The notes under the pieces were generated by a model, which saw nothing but the letters and a program-made list of their open reading frames with translations, was not told the DNA's origin and did no database searches. Shown here in pieces: positions 13,108 through 26,180 of a stretch of 64,000 bases of DNA (position 1 is the first letter of the stretch; the number at the start of each line of letters is the position of its first letter). Both the position numbers and the translations under genes were made by a program. Source of the DNA: Octopus sinensis (Eukaryota); the NCBI RefSeq assembly GCF_006345805.1, contig NC_043026.1, forward strand, positions 5,766,001-5,830,000, read 5' to 3'.

Positions 13108-15706
13108 ATATATATATATATAATTAATTGGGAAACATGTATTTTTGTGGTTGAAACCTTTTGGATTTGCTAGTGCTAGAATGAGCCACATAGTGACCAT
13201 TCTCTTATATTTATTTTTATATATATATATATTTAAATCTACACTATGGATTGATTCATCTTTCTCTTCGAAACTAATAAGCTTTTAAAAATCTGTGATA
13301 AGACTGTGCATCATTATTAAGGAACTTTGGAAAACTGTTTACAACCTATATCTGCCTCTAATGGAACTATCTCCAATATTTCATGAATATAACCTCACCC
13401 ACTAAGATGTCTAGAGAACTCAAATGTATTTTAGCTGATGAGTACGGGACACTTTTATCTGCTGCAATTTTTGCAACTTGTAATAAAGCCTGTCTTTGTA
13501 TGAAACAATTGTACTAAAGACCAATCCATTCTTGTTGCTTCTTTCTCGTGTGTGTATATATATATATATATAAGGATTTTCAAGTAAATACATTTACTGA
13601 TTTCGAAAATCCGTTCGACAGCAATAATAATTCTCTAAATGAGATATAGACAGTGACTGCTCCGTAATATAAGGGATATTAGCCAACCGAATATGGCTAG
13701 GGACAGGGCAGGGTGGTGGGGGTGTCACTGTTGCATTTAGCCCCAGGCGAACATCAACGTCACCAGAGAGGCCTGACGCCATCACAGCGTCCTTTATCTT
13801 GCAAAGGAGATCACTCACCAGAAGCCGATACCACACACGGACCTAGGTTTCAAGGTGTGTTGCCTATTATCAACGTGTGGTAGGCATCGCTTCTCGATGA
13901 ACGACCAACTTTCCAAGATACATATAAGGATTTTCAAGTAAATACATATATATAATCAGCCGAAATTGCTAAGATGATCTGGTTCTTGACTGATGACTGA
14001 GGGCTTCGAATGTCCCGTCCTGTGGTTCTTGTGTCGTCTCTGTGGTGTTTCATGTTCTTGTCCATGTCTGTAATTAATTTTACTGTTTACCTATATATAT
14101 ATATATATATGTATGTCTGTCTGTCTGTCTGTCTGTGCACATAAGCATGCATGCTCTTTGAATTCTATGACAACGACAACGATGGTGGTGGTTGTAGTTG
14201 TCGTACAGAGAAGACCTACAAAGTTTTCCTTTTAATGTCAAATTCATATTTTTAAAAAAAAATCGTCTTTGATTTAACAATACATGCCAAGAGTGAACCT
14301 GGATACTCACATCCTAAATAAACTTCAACGCTTCCAATAGTGACATTTTCAAATTACACAACAGGCATTTGTTCACTGTCGGTAGTAATGGCAACATGCG
14401 TTTCTTTGTCGTTGGAAGTGGAGGTGGCGCTTTGTTGTAGACAGTGATGGTCATGGTAGTGGTGTAAGTAGCCGTAGCGTTTGTTTCCTCCTTTGTATTT
14501 CATTTGCTTGTATTTTTTTTTACTGTTCATTGTAGTGGGTTTTTTTATTTTTTTTTTTTATATATATATATATATGGTTTTTATATAGTGAAGATAATTG
14601 TGTCGGGCTTCCTTTGGAATTTTTGTTGGTCTGATAATTGGAATTACGATGCTGAATAAATAAATAAATAAATAGGTGCAGGCGTGGCCGTGTGGTAAGA
14701 GGTTAGCTTCCCAGCCACATGGTTCCGGGTTCAGTCCCACTGCGTGGCATCTTGGGCAAGTGTCTTCTGCTATAGCCTCGGGCCGACCAATGCCTTGTGA
14801 GTGGATTTGGTAGACGGAAACTGAAAGAAGCCCGTCGCATATATATGTATATATATGTATGTGTTTGTGTGTCTGTGTTTGTCCCCCCCTAGCAGTGCTT
14901 GACAACTGATGCTGGTGTGTTTACGTCCCCGTCACTTAGCGGTTCGGCAAAAGAGACCGATAGAATAAGTACTGGGCTAACAAAGAATAAGTCCCGGGGT
15001 CGATTTGCTCAACTAAAGGCGGTGCTCCAGCATGGCCGCAGTCAAATGACTGAAACAAGTAAAAGATAAAAGAAAAAAGATGGGAGTGGCTGTGTGGTAA
15101 GTAGCTTGCTAACCAACCACATGGTTCCAGGTTCAGTCCCACTGCGTGGCACCTTGGGCAAGTGTCTTCTGCTATAGCCTCGGGCCGACCAAAGCCTTGT
15201 GAGTGGATTTGGTAGACGGAAACTGAAAGAAGCCCGTCGCCTATATATGTATATATATATATATGTGTATGTGTCTGTGTTTGTCCCCCTAGCATTGCTT
15301 GACAACCGATGCTGGTGTGTTTATGTCCCCGTCACTTAGCGTTTCGGCAAAAGACACCGATAGAATAAGTACTGGGCTTACAAAGAATAAGTCCTAGGGT
15401 CGATTTGCTTGACTAAAGGCGGTGCTCCAGCATGGCCACAGTCAAATGACTGAAACAAGTAAAAGAGTAATGAGTAAGTCTGTCTATGAGTGCTTGTGAA
15501 TCAGCAATCACATCTACAAGTGATGGTCTGCATATGTCCAGTGCGAATGAAAGTGATTCAGAAAACAATAATAATAATAATAATAATTTTAATTATAAAT
15601 GATGTTGAATATTCTTTACATTTTACTGTTGTTTTATTGCCATTTATTTACAAGTATTATAAATTCTATAGTTAAAATATTTTTCTGGGAACAAATTACG
15701 ATTTCT

Positions 15707-16525
15707 GGCACATAAAAAGCACCATCCGAACGTGGCCGATGCCAGCACCGCCTCGACTGGCTTCTGTGCTGGTGGCACATAAAAAGCACCATCCGAACGT
15801 GGCCGATGCCAGCACCGCCTCGACTGGCTTCTGTGCTGGTGGCACATAAAAAGCACCATCCGAACGTGGCCGATGCCAGCACCGCCTCGACTGGCTTCTG
15901 TGCTGGTGGCACATAAAAAGCACCATCCGAACGTGACCGATGCCAGCGCCGCCTCGACTGGCTTCTGTGCTGGTGGCACATAAAAAGCACCATCCGAACG
16001 TGACCGATGCCAGCGCCGCCTTGATTGGCTTCCGTGCTGGTGGCACATAAAAAGCACCATCCGAACGTGACCGATGCCAGCACCGCCTCGACTGGCTTCT
16101 GTGCTGGTGGCACATAAAAAGCACCATCCGAACGTGGCTGATGCCAGCACCGCCTCGACTGGCTTCTGTGCTGGTGGCACATAAAAAGCACCATCCGAAC
16201 GTGACCGATGCCAGCGCCGCCTCGACTGGCTTCTGTGCTGGTGGCACATAAAAAGCACCATCCGAACGTGGCCGATGCCAGCACCGCCTCGACTGGCTTC
16301 TGTGCTGGTGGCACATAAAAAGCACCATCCGAACGTGGCCGATGCCAGCACCGCCTCGACTGGCTTCTGTGCCGGTGGCACGTAAAAAGCACCCGCTACA
16401 CTCACGGTAGAAACACTGCCAGATCAGACTGGAGCCTGGTGCAGCCTCCTGGCTTCCCAGACCCCGGTCGAACCGTCCAACCCATGCTAGCATGGAAAAC
16501 AGACATTAAACGATGATGATGATGA
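15707..16525 (+). repeat. Ten 67-bp tandem units forming the 5' part of a family C element
   Basis: Unit ggcacataaaaagcaccatccgaacgtggccgatgccagcaccgcctcgactggcttctgtgctggt at 15707+67n; constant family C block from 16377. Confidence 0.95.
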
Positions 16526-16735
16526 TAGTGCCGGTCAAGGTGGCACTGGCATCAGCCACGTTCAGATGGTGTATGTGTACTTGTGTGTATGCATATGTGT
16601 GACAGGCTTTTGCAGTTTCCATCGCCTAAAACCACTCAGAAGGCATTGGTCAACCCAGGGCTTCAGTAGAAGACACTTGCCCAAAATGCCACACTATGGG
16701 ACTGAACCTGAAACCATGTGGTTGCAAATGAAATA

Positions 16736-17217
16736 TTAACCCTTTCATTACTATATTTATTTTGAGATGTTCTGTGTTTCTTTCAATTATTTTAAATATA
16801 ACAAAGAATTTAGTAAAATAACTTAGTTATCATTAAACAAGTGTTAGGAACATAAATTGTGACTAAGGTTTGGTGGTATATTTTGATGCAAAACTTATGA
16901 AAACAAGACATTTGTACTACAGGGTCAGAGGTGGTTTCAACCAGGTTGGTATCAAAAGGGTTAAGAATTGTTTCTCTATTATATATTTTAACCCTTTTGT
17001 TACCATATTTCTATTGAGATGCTCTGTGTTTCTTTCAATTAATTTTAAATATAACAAAGAATTTAGTAAAATAACTTAGTTATCATTAAACAAGTGTTAG
17101 GAACATAAATTGCGACTAAGGTTTGGTGGTATATTTTAATGCAAATCTTATGAAAACAAGACATTTGTACTACAGAGCCAGAGCCGGTTTCAGCCGAGTT
17201 GGTAACGAAAGGGTTAG
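16736..17217. mobile_element. TTAA-flanked (piggyBac-type) MITE dimer, copy 1
   Basis: TTAA-CCCTTT...AAAGGG-TTAA, 23-bp spacer gaattgtttctctattatatatt, second unit TTAA-CCCTTT...AAAGGG-TTAG. Confidence 0.8.
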
Positions 17218-17679
17218 TATAATAGTGTAATTTTTTTTCAATTGTGAAGAAAAATTCCACTTGCGATATTTGCTATATTTCAAATTTCAAGCGCTGCAAA
17301 CAGGAAGCGACTTCGTTTTTAATTTAGGTGCGGGACAAGAATTCTGACAATGTATCAGTTGGAAAATACCACCATGTCAACCAAGTACTTAGAGGCATCA
17401 TATGATTAAGGAAAGATTGATAAACCGGGAAGGAAATTACGGCGAAACAGACAAGGATAGGTAAAGAGTGGTTTATACTATGTTAGGACATGTGAGGTCA
17501 CAAAGGTCACGAGATTGATAAAAGATATCCATTACAAGGATACTGGAAGCTGTGCATCCGGGGAAGGGCTGCAAAGACTGGTTTTTGATAGAATAAGGAG
17601 AAGAAAAAAATGCTCAAGAGGCTGTTTCAGAGTATACTATTGATGATTTCTAAGAAGCCACAAAATAATTTTGCTTTTC

Positions 17680-18210
17680 ATCCTTTCCGGGTTGATAAAA
17701 TAAGTACCTATTTCTTTACTACCCACAAGGGGCTAAACACAGAGGGGACAAACAAGGACAGACATAGGTATTAAGTCGATTGCATCGACCCCAGTGCGTA
17801 ACTGGTACTTATTTTATCAACCCCGAAAGGATGAAAGGCAAAGTCGACCTTGGCGAAATTTGAACTCAGAATGTAGCGGCAGACGAAATACTTATTTCTT
17901 TACTACCCACAAGGGGCTAAACACAGAGGGGACAAACAAGGACAGACATAGGTATTAAGTCGATTGCATCGACCCCAGTGCGTAACTGGTACTTATTTTA
18001 TCGACCCCGAAAGGATGAAAGGCAAAGTCGACCTCGGCGGAATTTGAACCCAGAACGTAACGGCATACGAAATACGGCTACGCATTTCGCCCGGTGTGCT
18101 AACGTTTCTGCCAGCTACGCACTGGGGTCGATATAATCGACTTAATCCCTTTGTCTGTCCTTGTTTGTCCCCTCTATGTTTAGCCCCTTGTGGGCAATAA
18201 AGAAATAAGA
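17680..18210. mobile_element. Cluster of tRNA-derived SINE family B copies in both orientations
   Basis: Family motif gagttcaaattccgccgaggtcgactttgcctttcatcctttcggggtcgataaattaagtaccag; other clusters at 22425-22925, 44010-44245, 45325-45735, 57625-58520. Confidence 0.85.
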
Positions 18211-18974
18211 AACATGTATCCATCTCTGTCCTCTTATCTCCTGACAATAAGCTTGTCCTTTATCTAAATGGCATGTCAATTTTATAGAAAATTCGTCACC
18301 CCGTAGCATTTAAACCAGCCAAAATAACCTATCTGTTTTATCTTCAAACTGGCTAGATCCAACCTCTTACGCTTGCCCTACAATATTATTCTAATCTTAA
18401 GTGATCACATCATTGAAATTACAAAGCTACAACATAATACATGATTAATTCAAAACCATACTCTCTTTTAATTGTTTCAGTCATTTGACTGCGGCCATGC
18501 TGGAGCACCGCCTTTAGTCGAGCAAATCGACCCCCGGGACTTATTCTTTGTAAGCCCAGTACTTATTCTATCGGTCTCTTTTACTTGTTTCAGTCATTTG
18601 ACTGCGGCCATGCTGGAGCACTGCCTTTAGTCGAGCAACTCGACCCCGGGACTTATTCTTTGTAAGCCCAGTACTTATTCTATCGGTCTCTTTTGCCGAA
18701 CCGCTAAGTGATGGGGACGTAAACACACAAGCATCGGTTGTCAAGCAATGCTAGGGGGACAAACACAGACACACAAACACATACACACACATATACATAT
18801 ATACCACAGGCTTCTTTCAGTTTCCGTCTACCAAATCCACTCACAAGGCTTTGGTCGGCCCGAGGCTATAGCAGAAGACACTTGTCCAAGATGCCACGCA
18901 GTGGGACTGAACCCGGAACCATGTGTTGGTAAGCAAGCTACTTACCACACAGCCACTCCTACGCCTATGTGGAT

Positions 18975-19277
18975 AAATATTAAATTTGATGGAGTAATCA
19001 GAATGCTGGATGTTCAGATTATGCAAATTATGTTGAATCAGAGGATGCAAGTATGTAAAACACTAGACAAGGACATCCTGGCTTCACTTCAGACATTGAT
19101 GTGTAGAGACAATGAGTTTGTTTCTGTTTCAGGAAAACAACAAAGAATGTTGAGACGTAAGATCTTGCATTGATTATTCTGGGAATTAAACCGGATCCTA
19201 AGAGTGATATGGAAACGTACAATTGACAGATTGCCAAAGAAGTTGTGGTTATTGTGCCAGATATTTACTTGTAAAGA
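18975..19277 (+). pseudogene. Probable Helitron Rep/helicase N-terminal relic
   Basis: TLDKDILASLQTLMCRDNEFV, then after a frameshift FRK...ETYN*QIAKEVVVIVPD; resembles Helitron L..LQ.ML...NPYV..FK...RYN.PT..EVAVI.P from memory, with no search run. Confidence 0.5.
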
Positions 19278-19576
19278 TGGAGGCGCAATGGCCCAGTGGT
19301 TAGGGCAGCGGACTCGCGGTCGTATGATCGTGGTTTCGATTCCCAGACCGGGCGTTGTGAGTGTTTATTGAGCGAAAACACCTAAAATTTCCACGAGGCT
19401 CTGGCAGGGGATGGTGGTGATCCCTGCTGCACTCTTTCACCACTCTTTCTCCCGCTCTTTCTTCTGTTGGCCTGCTCGCTTAGCCAGCGGGGTGGCGTCA
19501 TTCGAAGGCTAAAACAATGCGAACGCATTGTGACCAGCGATGTGTAACAACATCTGATGGTCTGGTCGGTCATGTG
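19278..19576 (+). mobile_element. Full-length tRNA-derived SINE family D with 15-bp TSD
   Basis: A-box tggcccagtggttagg, B-box ggtttcgattcc; TSD atttacttgtaaaga at 19263-19277 and 19577-19591. Confidence 0.93.
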
Positions 19577-19759
19577 ATTTACTTGTAAAGACTACAACAG
19601 GAATGTCTGTCCAGGGCCTTGAAGTCACTTTATCCCTTAACAGTTATTGATGTCGTACAAAGTTTGGGTGAGGCCCATTGTGTAATATTTCTCTCAGATC
19701 TGGGATAGTGCTGCTGCTACTCTTACAAACATCTTAGACTACATCCAGAAAAGGTTTAA

Positions 19760-20160
19760 GTTAATTTATTTAGCTCAAAAAGCAAAAAGCAAGGCCATGT
19801 AGGGGGACATGGAGTTATGTACAGGGTGGTGTTCCTGCAAAGAGTTCAGGCCATTTGTGGTCAAGGGAGACTTTGAACTGAGCGGTCGTCGGCATCTTCA
19901 CTATCTCGTCTGGCAGCTTATTCCACGGATCTGCAACCCGGATGGAGAAAGCCCCTCTCCTTCGATTGAGATGAAACTTGACTAAATGGTGTAAGATATT
20001 CTGCAGATGGTGCACCAAAAAGTAGCTTGGTTTCCGTATCCCTACTGCATCCTGATTGAGACAACTCCAGTTGTCTCGACACAAAACATTGTTTATTAGG
20101 GGTCGTCCAATCAATGGACACGGTTCTATCATGTGACGTTTTTCACACTCCCACATCGTT
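19760..20160 (-). mobile_element. CR1-clade LINE 3' end (family 2)
   Basis: ORF 19815..20156 ends FHLNRRRGAFSIRVADPWNKLPDEIVKMPTTAQFKVSLD, matching the CR1 FFS.RV...WN.LP....FK..LD motif. Confidence 0.85.
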
Positions 20161-20181
20161 TATTATTTGACCTTTTTGCAT

Positions 20182-20410
20182 TTAACCCTTTAGTGTTCGC
20201 ATTATTCTACCAAAATTAATGCTTTTTCATCCACTTTGTTTTCAAGTAATCATGCATTATCTTCTAGCTGTGAGATTTTGATGAGGTAGCTGTTAATTTT
20301 TAAAATGATATTGTAGGGTTGGTGTGAGAGACCAGATCTGGCCAGTTTGAACATAAAACAGGCAGAATACTTTTGGCCGGATATGGCCGGTTTAAATGCT
20401 AGAGCGTTAA
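20182..20410. mobile_element. TTAA-flanked MITE family 2 (~228 bp); further copies at 42527-42756 and 50216-50442, fragments near 18310, 20410, 24415, 59700
   Basis: TTAA-CCCTTTAG termini, TTAA at both ends, shared interior among copies. Confidence 0.8.
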
Positions 20411-23400
20411 ACCAGCCATATCTGGCCCTAATATTCTTCCTGTTTTATTTTCAAACTGGTCAGATCTGGCCTCTTAGACATACCCTACTATGTCATTTCT
20501 AAAGCAAAGAATCCCATCATTGAAATCTCAAAGCTACGAGACAATGCACGACCAATTCACAATAATGTACTTAGATCATCATCATCATCGTTTAGCGTCC
20601 GCTTTCCATGCTAGCATGGGTTGAACGGTTCAACTGGGGTCTGTGAAGCCAGAAGGCTGCATCAGGCCCAGTCTGATATGGCAGTGTTTCTACGGCTGGA
20701 TGCCCTTCCTAACGCCAACCACTCCGTGAGTGTAGTGGGTGCTTTTTATGTGCCACCTGCACAGGTGCCAGAGGAGACTGTCAAAACGGCCACGATCGGG
20801 TGGTGCTTTTTACGTGCCACCGTAACGGGGGCCAGGCGAGGCTGTACTTAGATAAGTACCTAGATAAGCATTACATTTGACTGAGTAGCCTGAATGCTAA
20901 AAAGTTAAGCTTATGTCGATTCGTCTGGATAGGACTCAATAGATTCTATCAAGTGACATTTGACATACATTGACTCAGTGTTGTGGATTTACTCTTTTTG
21001 CTTTACCACGTTTACTGTGGTGCAGTTGGTTCGTTTTGCATCGTAGACAATTGAAGTTACAGTTCACCATGCAGTTTCCGTCTGCCAAATCCACTCACAA
21101 GGCTTTGGTCGGCCCGAGGCTATAGTAGAAGACATTTGCCCAAAGTGCCACAACAGTGGGACTGAACCCGGAACCATGTGGTTTCGGGTAGCTTGCTTAC
21201 CAACCACATGGTTCCGGGTTCAGTCCCACTGCGTGGCACCTTGGGCAAATGTCTTCTACTATAGCCTCAGGCTGACCAAAGCCCATCGTATGTATGTATG
21301 TGTTTGTGTGTCTGTGTTTGCGTCCCTGTAATTTAGCGGTTCAGCAAAAGAGACCGATAGAATAAATACTAGGTTTACAAAGAATATGTCCTGGGGTAGA
21401 TTTGCTCAACTAAAAGGTGGTGCTCCAGCATGGCCGCAGTCAAAATGCCTGAAACTAGTAAGAGAGTAAAAGAATATACACACGTAGACATGTATGTGGT
21501 TGGTATATTTGTTGACAGTTCAGTTGCTCTCTTTACTCTTTTACTTGTTTAAGTCATTTGACTGCGGCCATGCTGGAGCACCGCCTTTAATCGAGGAAAT
21601 CGACCCCGAGGACTTATTCTTTGTAAGCCTAGTACTTATTCTATCGGTATCTTTTGCCGAACCGCTAAGTGACAGGGACATAAACACACCAGCATCGGTT
21701 GTCAAGCAGTGCTAGAGGGACAAACACAGACACACATACATATATACGACGGGCTTCTTTCAGTTTCCGTCTACCAAATCCACTCACAAGGCTTTGGTCG
21801 GCCCGAGGCTATAGTAGAAGACACTTGCCCAAGGTGCCACGCAGTGGGACTGAACCCGGAGCCATGTTGTTGGTAAGCAAGCTACTTACCACACAGCCAC
21901 TCCTGTGCTTATGCAATGTATAAATGTGGAAAAAAAGACATTGTAGTGCATTGTTTCAATCTACGGGTCTCTAGGTTGTGTGCCCTGCACTCTTACTCTG
22001 CGTCCTCTGCACCACTCTGATTGATGAGTGATTAAGCAAGTGCACAATGCCTTATTGTCTGTCCAGGGTTGTGTTACTTCAGTCACCCCTTCCGTCAGAT
22101 TTTATTTATATGCACTGGACTGTGTCGACTACAAAATTTAGTAACCACACAATACATTCTATAGTACTGGGGATGTTCATTAACTTACTGAAAGGTGGCA
22201 TTTCACTCTGCCTGTACCCCAAAAGTCACATCCGACAAACCGTATGCATACAACTTATGCATTGCAAATTTCTCTGGGTGGCTTTTTATTTGCCATTTTC
22301 AGATGGGCTGTAGGCAAATCAGCTTTATAAATGCTTCCCCCTGCATAGCAAGTATTCTGGCTAGTATGTAAGTGTGCATGTGTGTGTATATATATATATA
22401 TATAGGCACAGGAGTGGCTGTGTGGCGGTGAGCTGGCAGAAACGTTAGCACGCCGGGCGAAACACTTAGCGGTATTTCGTCTGCCGTTACATTCTGAGTT
22501 CAAATTCCTCCGAGGTCGACTTTGCCTTAAATCGATAAATTATTCCATAGATCCGCAAGCATGACTAAACCTGCAACAGTAGCAAGTCTGTTTGTTAATG
22601 AGGAGGGGATTTGTTGGGGGGAAAGTAAACCCGGTCGATAAATTAAGTACCAGTTGCGCACTGGGGTCGATATAATCGACTTAATCCGTTTGTCTGTCCT
22701 TGTTTGTCCTCTCTGCTTGTAGGTAGTAAAGAAATAGGTATTTTGTCTGCCATTACGTTCTGAGTTCAAATTCTGCTGAGGTTGACTTTGCCTTTCATCC
22801 TTTCGAGGTCGATAAATTAAGTACCAGTTATGCATTGGGGTCAATGTAATCAGCTTAATCCCTTTGTCTGTCCTTGTTTGTCCCCTCTATGTTTAGTCCC
22901 TTGTGGGCAATAAAGAAATAAGATGCTTGCTTACCAACCACATGGTTCCGGGTTCAGTCCCACTGCATGGCACCTTGAGCAAGTGTTTTCTATAGCCTTG
23001 CGCTGACCAAAGCCTTGTGAGTGGATTTGGTAGATGGAAACTGAAAGAAGCCCATCATGTATATATATATATATATTGTGTGTGTGTGTGTATGTTTGTG
23101 TGTCTGTATTTGTCCCCCCCAACATCGCTTGACAACCAATGCTGGTGTGTTTACGTCCCCATAACTTAGCAGTTCAGCAAAGGAGGCTGATAGCATAAGT
23201 ACTAGGATTACAAGGAATAAGTCCTGGGGGGGGTCAATTTGCTCGACTAAAGGCAGTGCTCCAGCATGGTCGCAGTCAAATGACTGAAACAAGTTAAAGA
23301 AAATATATAAGGCCAACCTTAAGATATCAAACCTTATGAAGGCGCTGACTTAAGGACTGAGGTATCTGGTGCACCGTTATACTCAAGAAAACATGTCCGT

Positions 23401-24534
23401 CACGGCAGAATTGATGCTGGTGCTGGTTCCACATTAAAAGCTGTGGTGCTGGTGCTTTATAAAAAGGAAACTCAGTACACTCTGTGGAGTGGTTGGCATT
23501 AGGAAGGGCATCCAACCATAGAAACAAAACCAGAACAATGGGGCCCTAGTGTGGCCACATTATCCTTACCAGCTCCAGTCAGACTGTCCAACATGGAAAC
23601 GGACGTTAAGTAGTGATGATGATTGTGTGTGTGTGTTGTGTGTGTGTGTGTGGTGTGTGTGTGATGGCTGCAACTCAGTTTTGAGGAATTCCATCATTTA
23701 TTGTTTTCCTCTTAAACTTCAGCTATGCAAACATGGTCTTTCTGTCCTGTTAGATAGAAGCTCACATTATTTTGTACAAACGTAGGAGTGGCTGTGTGGT
23801 AAGTAGATTGCTAACCAACCACATGGTTCCGGGTTCAGTCCCACTGCGTGGCATCTTGGGCAAGTGTCTTCTGCTATAGCCCCGGGCCGACCAATGCCTT
23901 GTGAGTGGATTTGGTAGACGGAAACTGAAAGAAGCCTGTCATATATATGTATGTGTGTGTGTTTGTGTATCTGTGTTTGTCCCCCTAGCATTGCCTGACA
24001 ACCGATGTTGGTGTGTTTACGTCCCCGTCACTTAGCGGTTCGGCAAAAGAATAAGTACTGGGCTTACAATGGGCTTACAAAGAATAAGTTCTGGGGTCGA
24101 TTTGCTCAACTAAAGGCGGTGCTCCAGCATGGCCGCAGTCAAATGACTGAAACAAGTAAAAGAGTAAAGAGAGAGTAGCAACGATGACCGCCTCTTTGCA
24201 GCAGATGTTCAGAGTGCTTATCACCCACGCTGACCATAAAGCCTTCAGTCTATCTTGGAATTTTTCATAAAATATTTTGCCTTTTTGCAGCTGTAGCCAG
24301 CAATTGTATGCAACACGTAACAGAGGTTTTAAAAACCAAAACATACCAGGTCCATTTTTTTTTTTTTTTTTAAAGTAAGGAAAGGCTTTGCACAGGACCA
24401 ATCCCACTTGCTAACCTTTTAGCATTCCGACTACTCTGGCAGACATAATGCTTATTTATCCTCATTGTTTTTGGAGTTAATCATGCTTTATCTGGTAGCT
24501 TTGAGATTGCAGCAGTATGGTTGTGTCATCATCA

Positions 24535-25330
24535 TCATCATCGTTTAACGTCCACTTTCCATGCTAGCATGGGTTGGACGTATGACTGAGGGCTGGCAAA
24601 CCAGATGGCTGCACCAGGCTTCAATCTTGATCTGGCCTCATCATCATCGTTTAATGACCGCTTTCCATGCTAGCATGGGTTGGACGATTTGACTGAGGGC
24701 TGGCGAACCAGATGGCTGCACCAGGCTCCAATCTTGATCTGGCCTCATCATCATCATCATCATCGTTTAACGTCCGCTTTCCATGCTAGCATGGGTTGGA
24801 CGTATGACTGAGGGCTGGCGAACCAGATGGCTGCACCAGGCTTCAATCTTGATCTGGCCTCATCATCATCATCATCGTTTAACGTCTGCTTTCCATGCTA
24901 GCATGGGTTGGACGTATGACTGAGGGCTGGCGAACCAGATGGCTGCACCAGGCTTCAATCTTGATCTGGCCTCATCATCATCATCATCGTTTAACGTCCG
25001 CTTTCCATGCTAGCATGGGTTGGACATATGACTGAGGGCTGGCGAACCAGATGGCTGCATCAGGCTTCAATCTTGATCTGGCAGAGTTTCTACAGTTGGA
25101 TGCCCTTCCTAATGCCAATCACTCCGAGAGTGTAGTGGGTGCTTTTACGTGCCACTGGCATGGGGCCAGTCAGGCGGCACTGGCAATGACCTCGCTCGAA
25201 TCATTTACACATGCCACCGGCGCAGGTGCCAGTAACGATCCGCGATGCTGGTAACGATCCCGCTCGAATGGTGTTTTTTATGCGCCACCGGCACGGAGGC
25301 CAGATAGCCCCTCTGGCAACAATCACGCCC
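24535..25330 (-). repeat. Family C element with five tandem ~110-bp tail units delimited by (CAT)n
   Basis: cgtttaacgtcc.ctttccatgctagcatgggttggacg...aatcttgatctggc repeated five times. Confidence 0.9.
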
Positions 25331-25499
25331 AAATGGTGCTCTTAATACCCTTATAATTACATTGTAGGCTAGGTATGAGAAGCTGGATCTGGTTGACATG
25401 TGCATAAAACAGGTAGAATATATTGGCTAGATATGGTCTCTTTAATGCTAAAGTTGCTGAACAATGTCTGCATTTGCCGAAAAAAAACTAGTCGTCGTC

Positions 25500-26180
25500 A
25501 TCTACATGTAATGTCTGTTTTCCATGCTGGCATGGGTTGGACATCTTGACAGCAACTGGCAAGGCTAGTGGCTGCACCAGCTTCTACCATAGGCTGTTTT
25601 AGCTTGGTTTCTCTGACTGGATGCCCCTTTCGAACGCCAACCACTCTGCATTGTGTACTGGGTGTTTCTTATGTGGCACCAGCACCACGCCCGTACCAAT
25701 GCTTTGTACATGACACCTTGGTTTTAGGATCTCAATTCTGTTGTGTTGGTCGGGTCTTCTCAAATACAGCAAAGTGCCGCCTATCTCGGTCCTCCATGCT
25801 GGCATGGGTTGGACATCTTGATAGCAACTGGCAAGGCTAGTGGCTGCACCAGGGTCTTCCATAGGCTGTTTTGGCTTGGTTTCTCTGACTGGATGCCCCT
25901 TTCGAATGCCAACCACTCTGCATTGTGTACTGGGTGTCTTTTATGTGGCACCAGCACCACGCCCGTACCAATGCTTTTTACATGACACCTTGGTTTTAGG
26001 ATCTCAATTCCGTTGTGTTGGTCGGGTCCTCTCAAGTACAGCAAAGCGCCACCTATCTCGGTCCTCTGTCATCTCCTTTGTATGGTTCAGCATTTTGAAA
26101 TCAGCTTTCAGTACTTCGCCAGTGTTCTTCCTGGGTCTTCCGCTTTGTGATTGGCACTTTTATAATGCAACTGTCCTCAT
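25500..26180 (-). mobile_element. RTE-clade LINE 3' end with ~274-bp duplicated terminal segment
   Basis: Minus strand GRPRKNTGEVLKADFKMLNHTKEMTEDRDRWRFAVLE (RTE C-terminal GRPR..W...DR..WR); duplicated units start near 25519 and 25793. Confidence 0.75.

Noticed and set aside
14305-14505. Minus-strand exon candidate ending GAT|GTGAGT
   Set aside because: All three frames contain stops before the donor, and there is no convincing acceptor or partner exon. A non-coding exon cannot be excluded.
15486-15602. 38-aa Ser/Asn-rich ORF MSACESAITSTSDGLHMSSANESDSENNNNNNNNFNYK
   Set aside because: No splice acceptor, directly abuts a SINE tail, and the poly-N comes from an (AAT)n microsatellite.
15634-16493. 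Three ~250-aa ORFs, and a possible CRISPR-like array
   Set aside because: A 67-bp tandem unit without stops; there are no unique spacers, so it is not CRISPR.
19278-19350. tRNA gene (also 57299 and 62890)
   Set aside because: tRNA-like heads are embedded in TSD-flanked SINEs and lack a complete cloverleaf.
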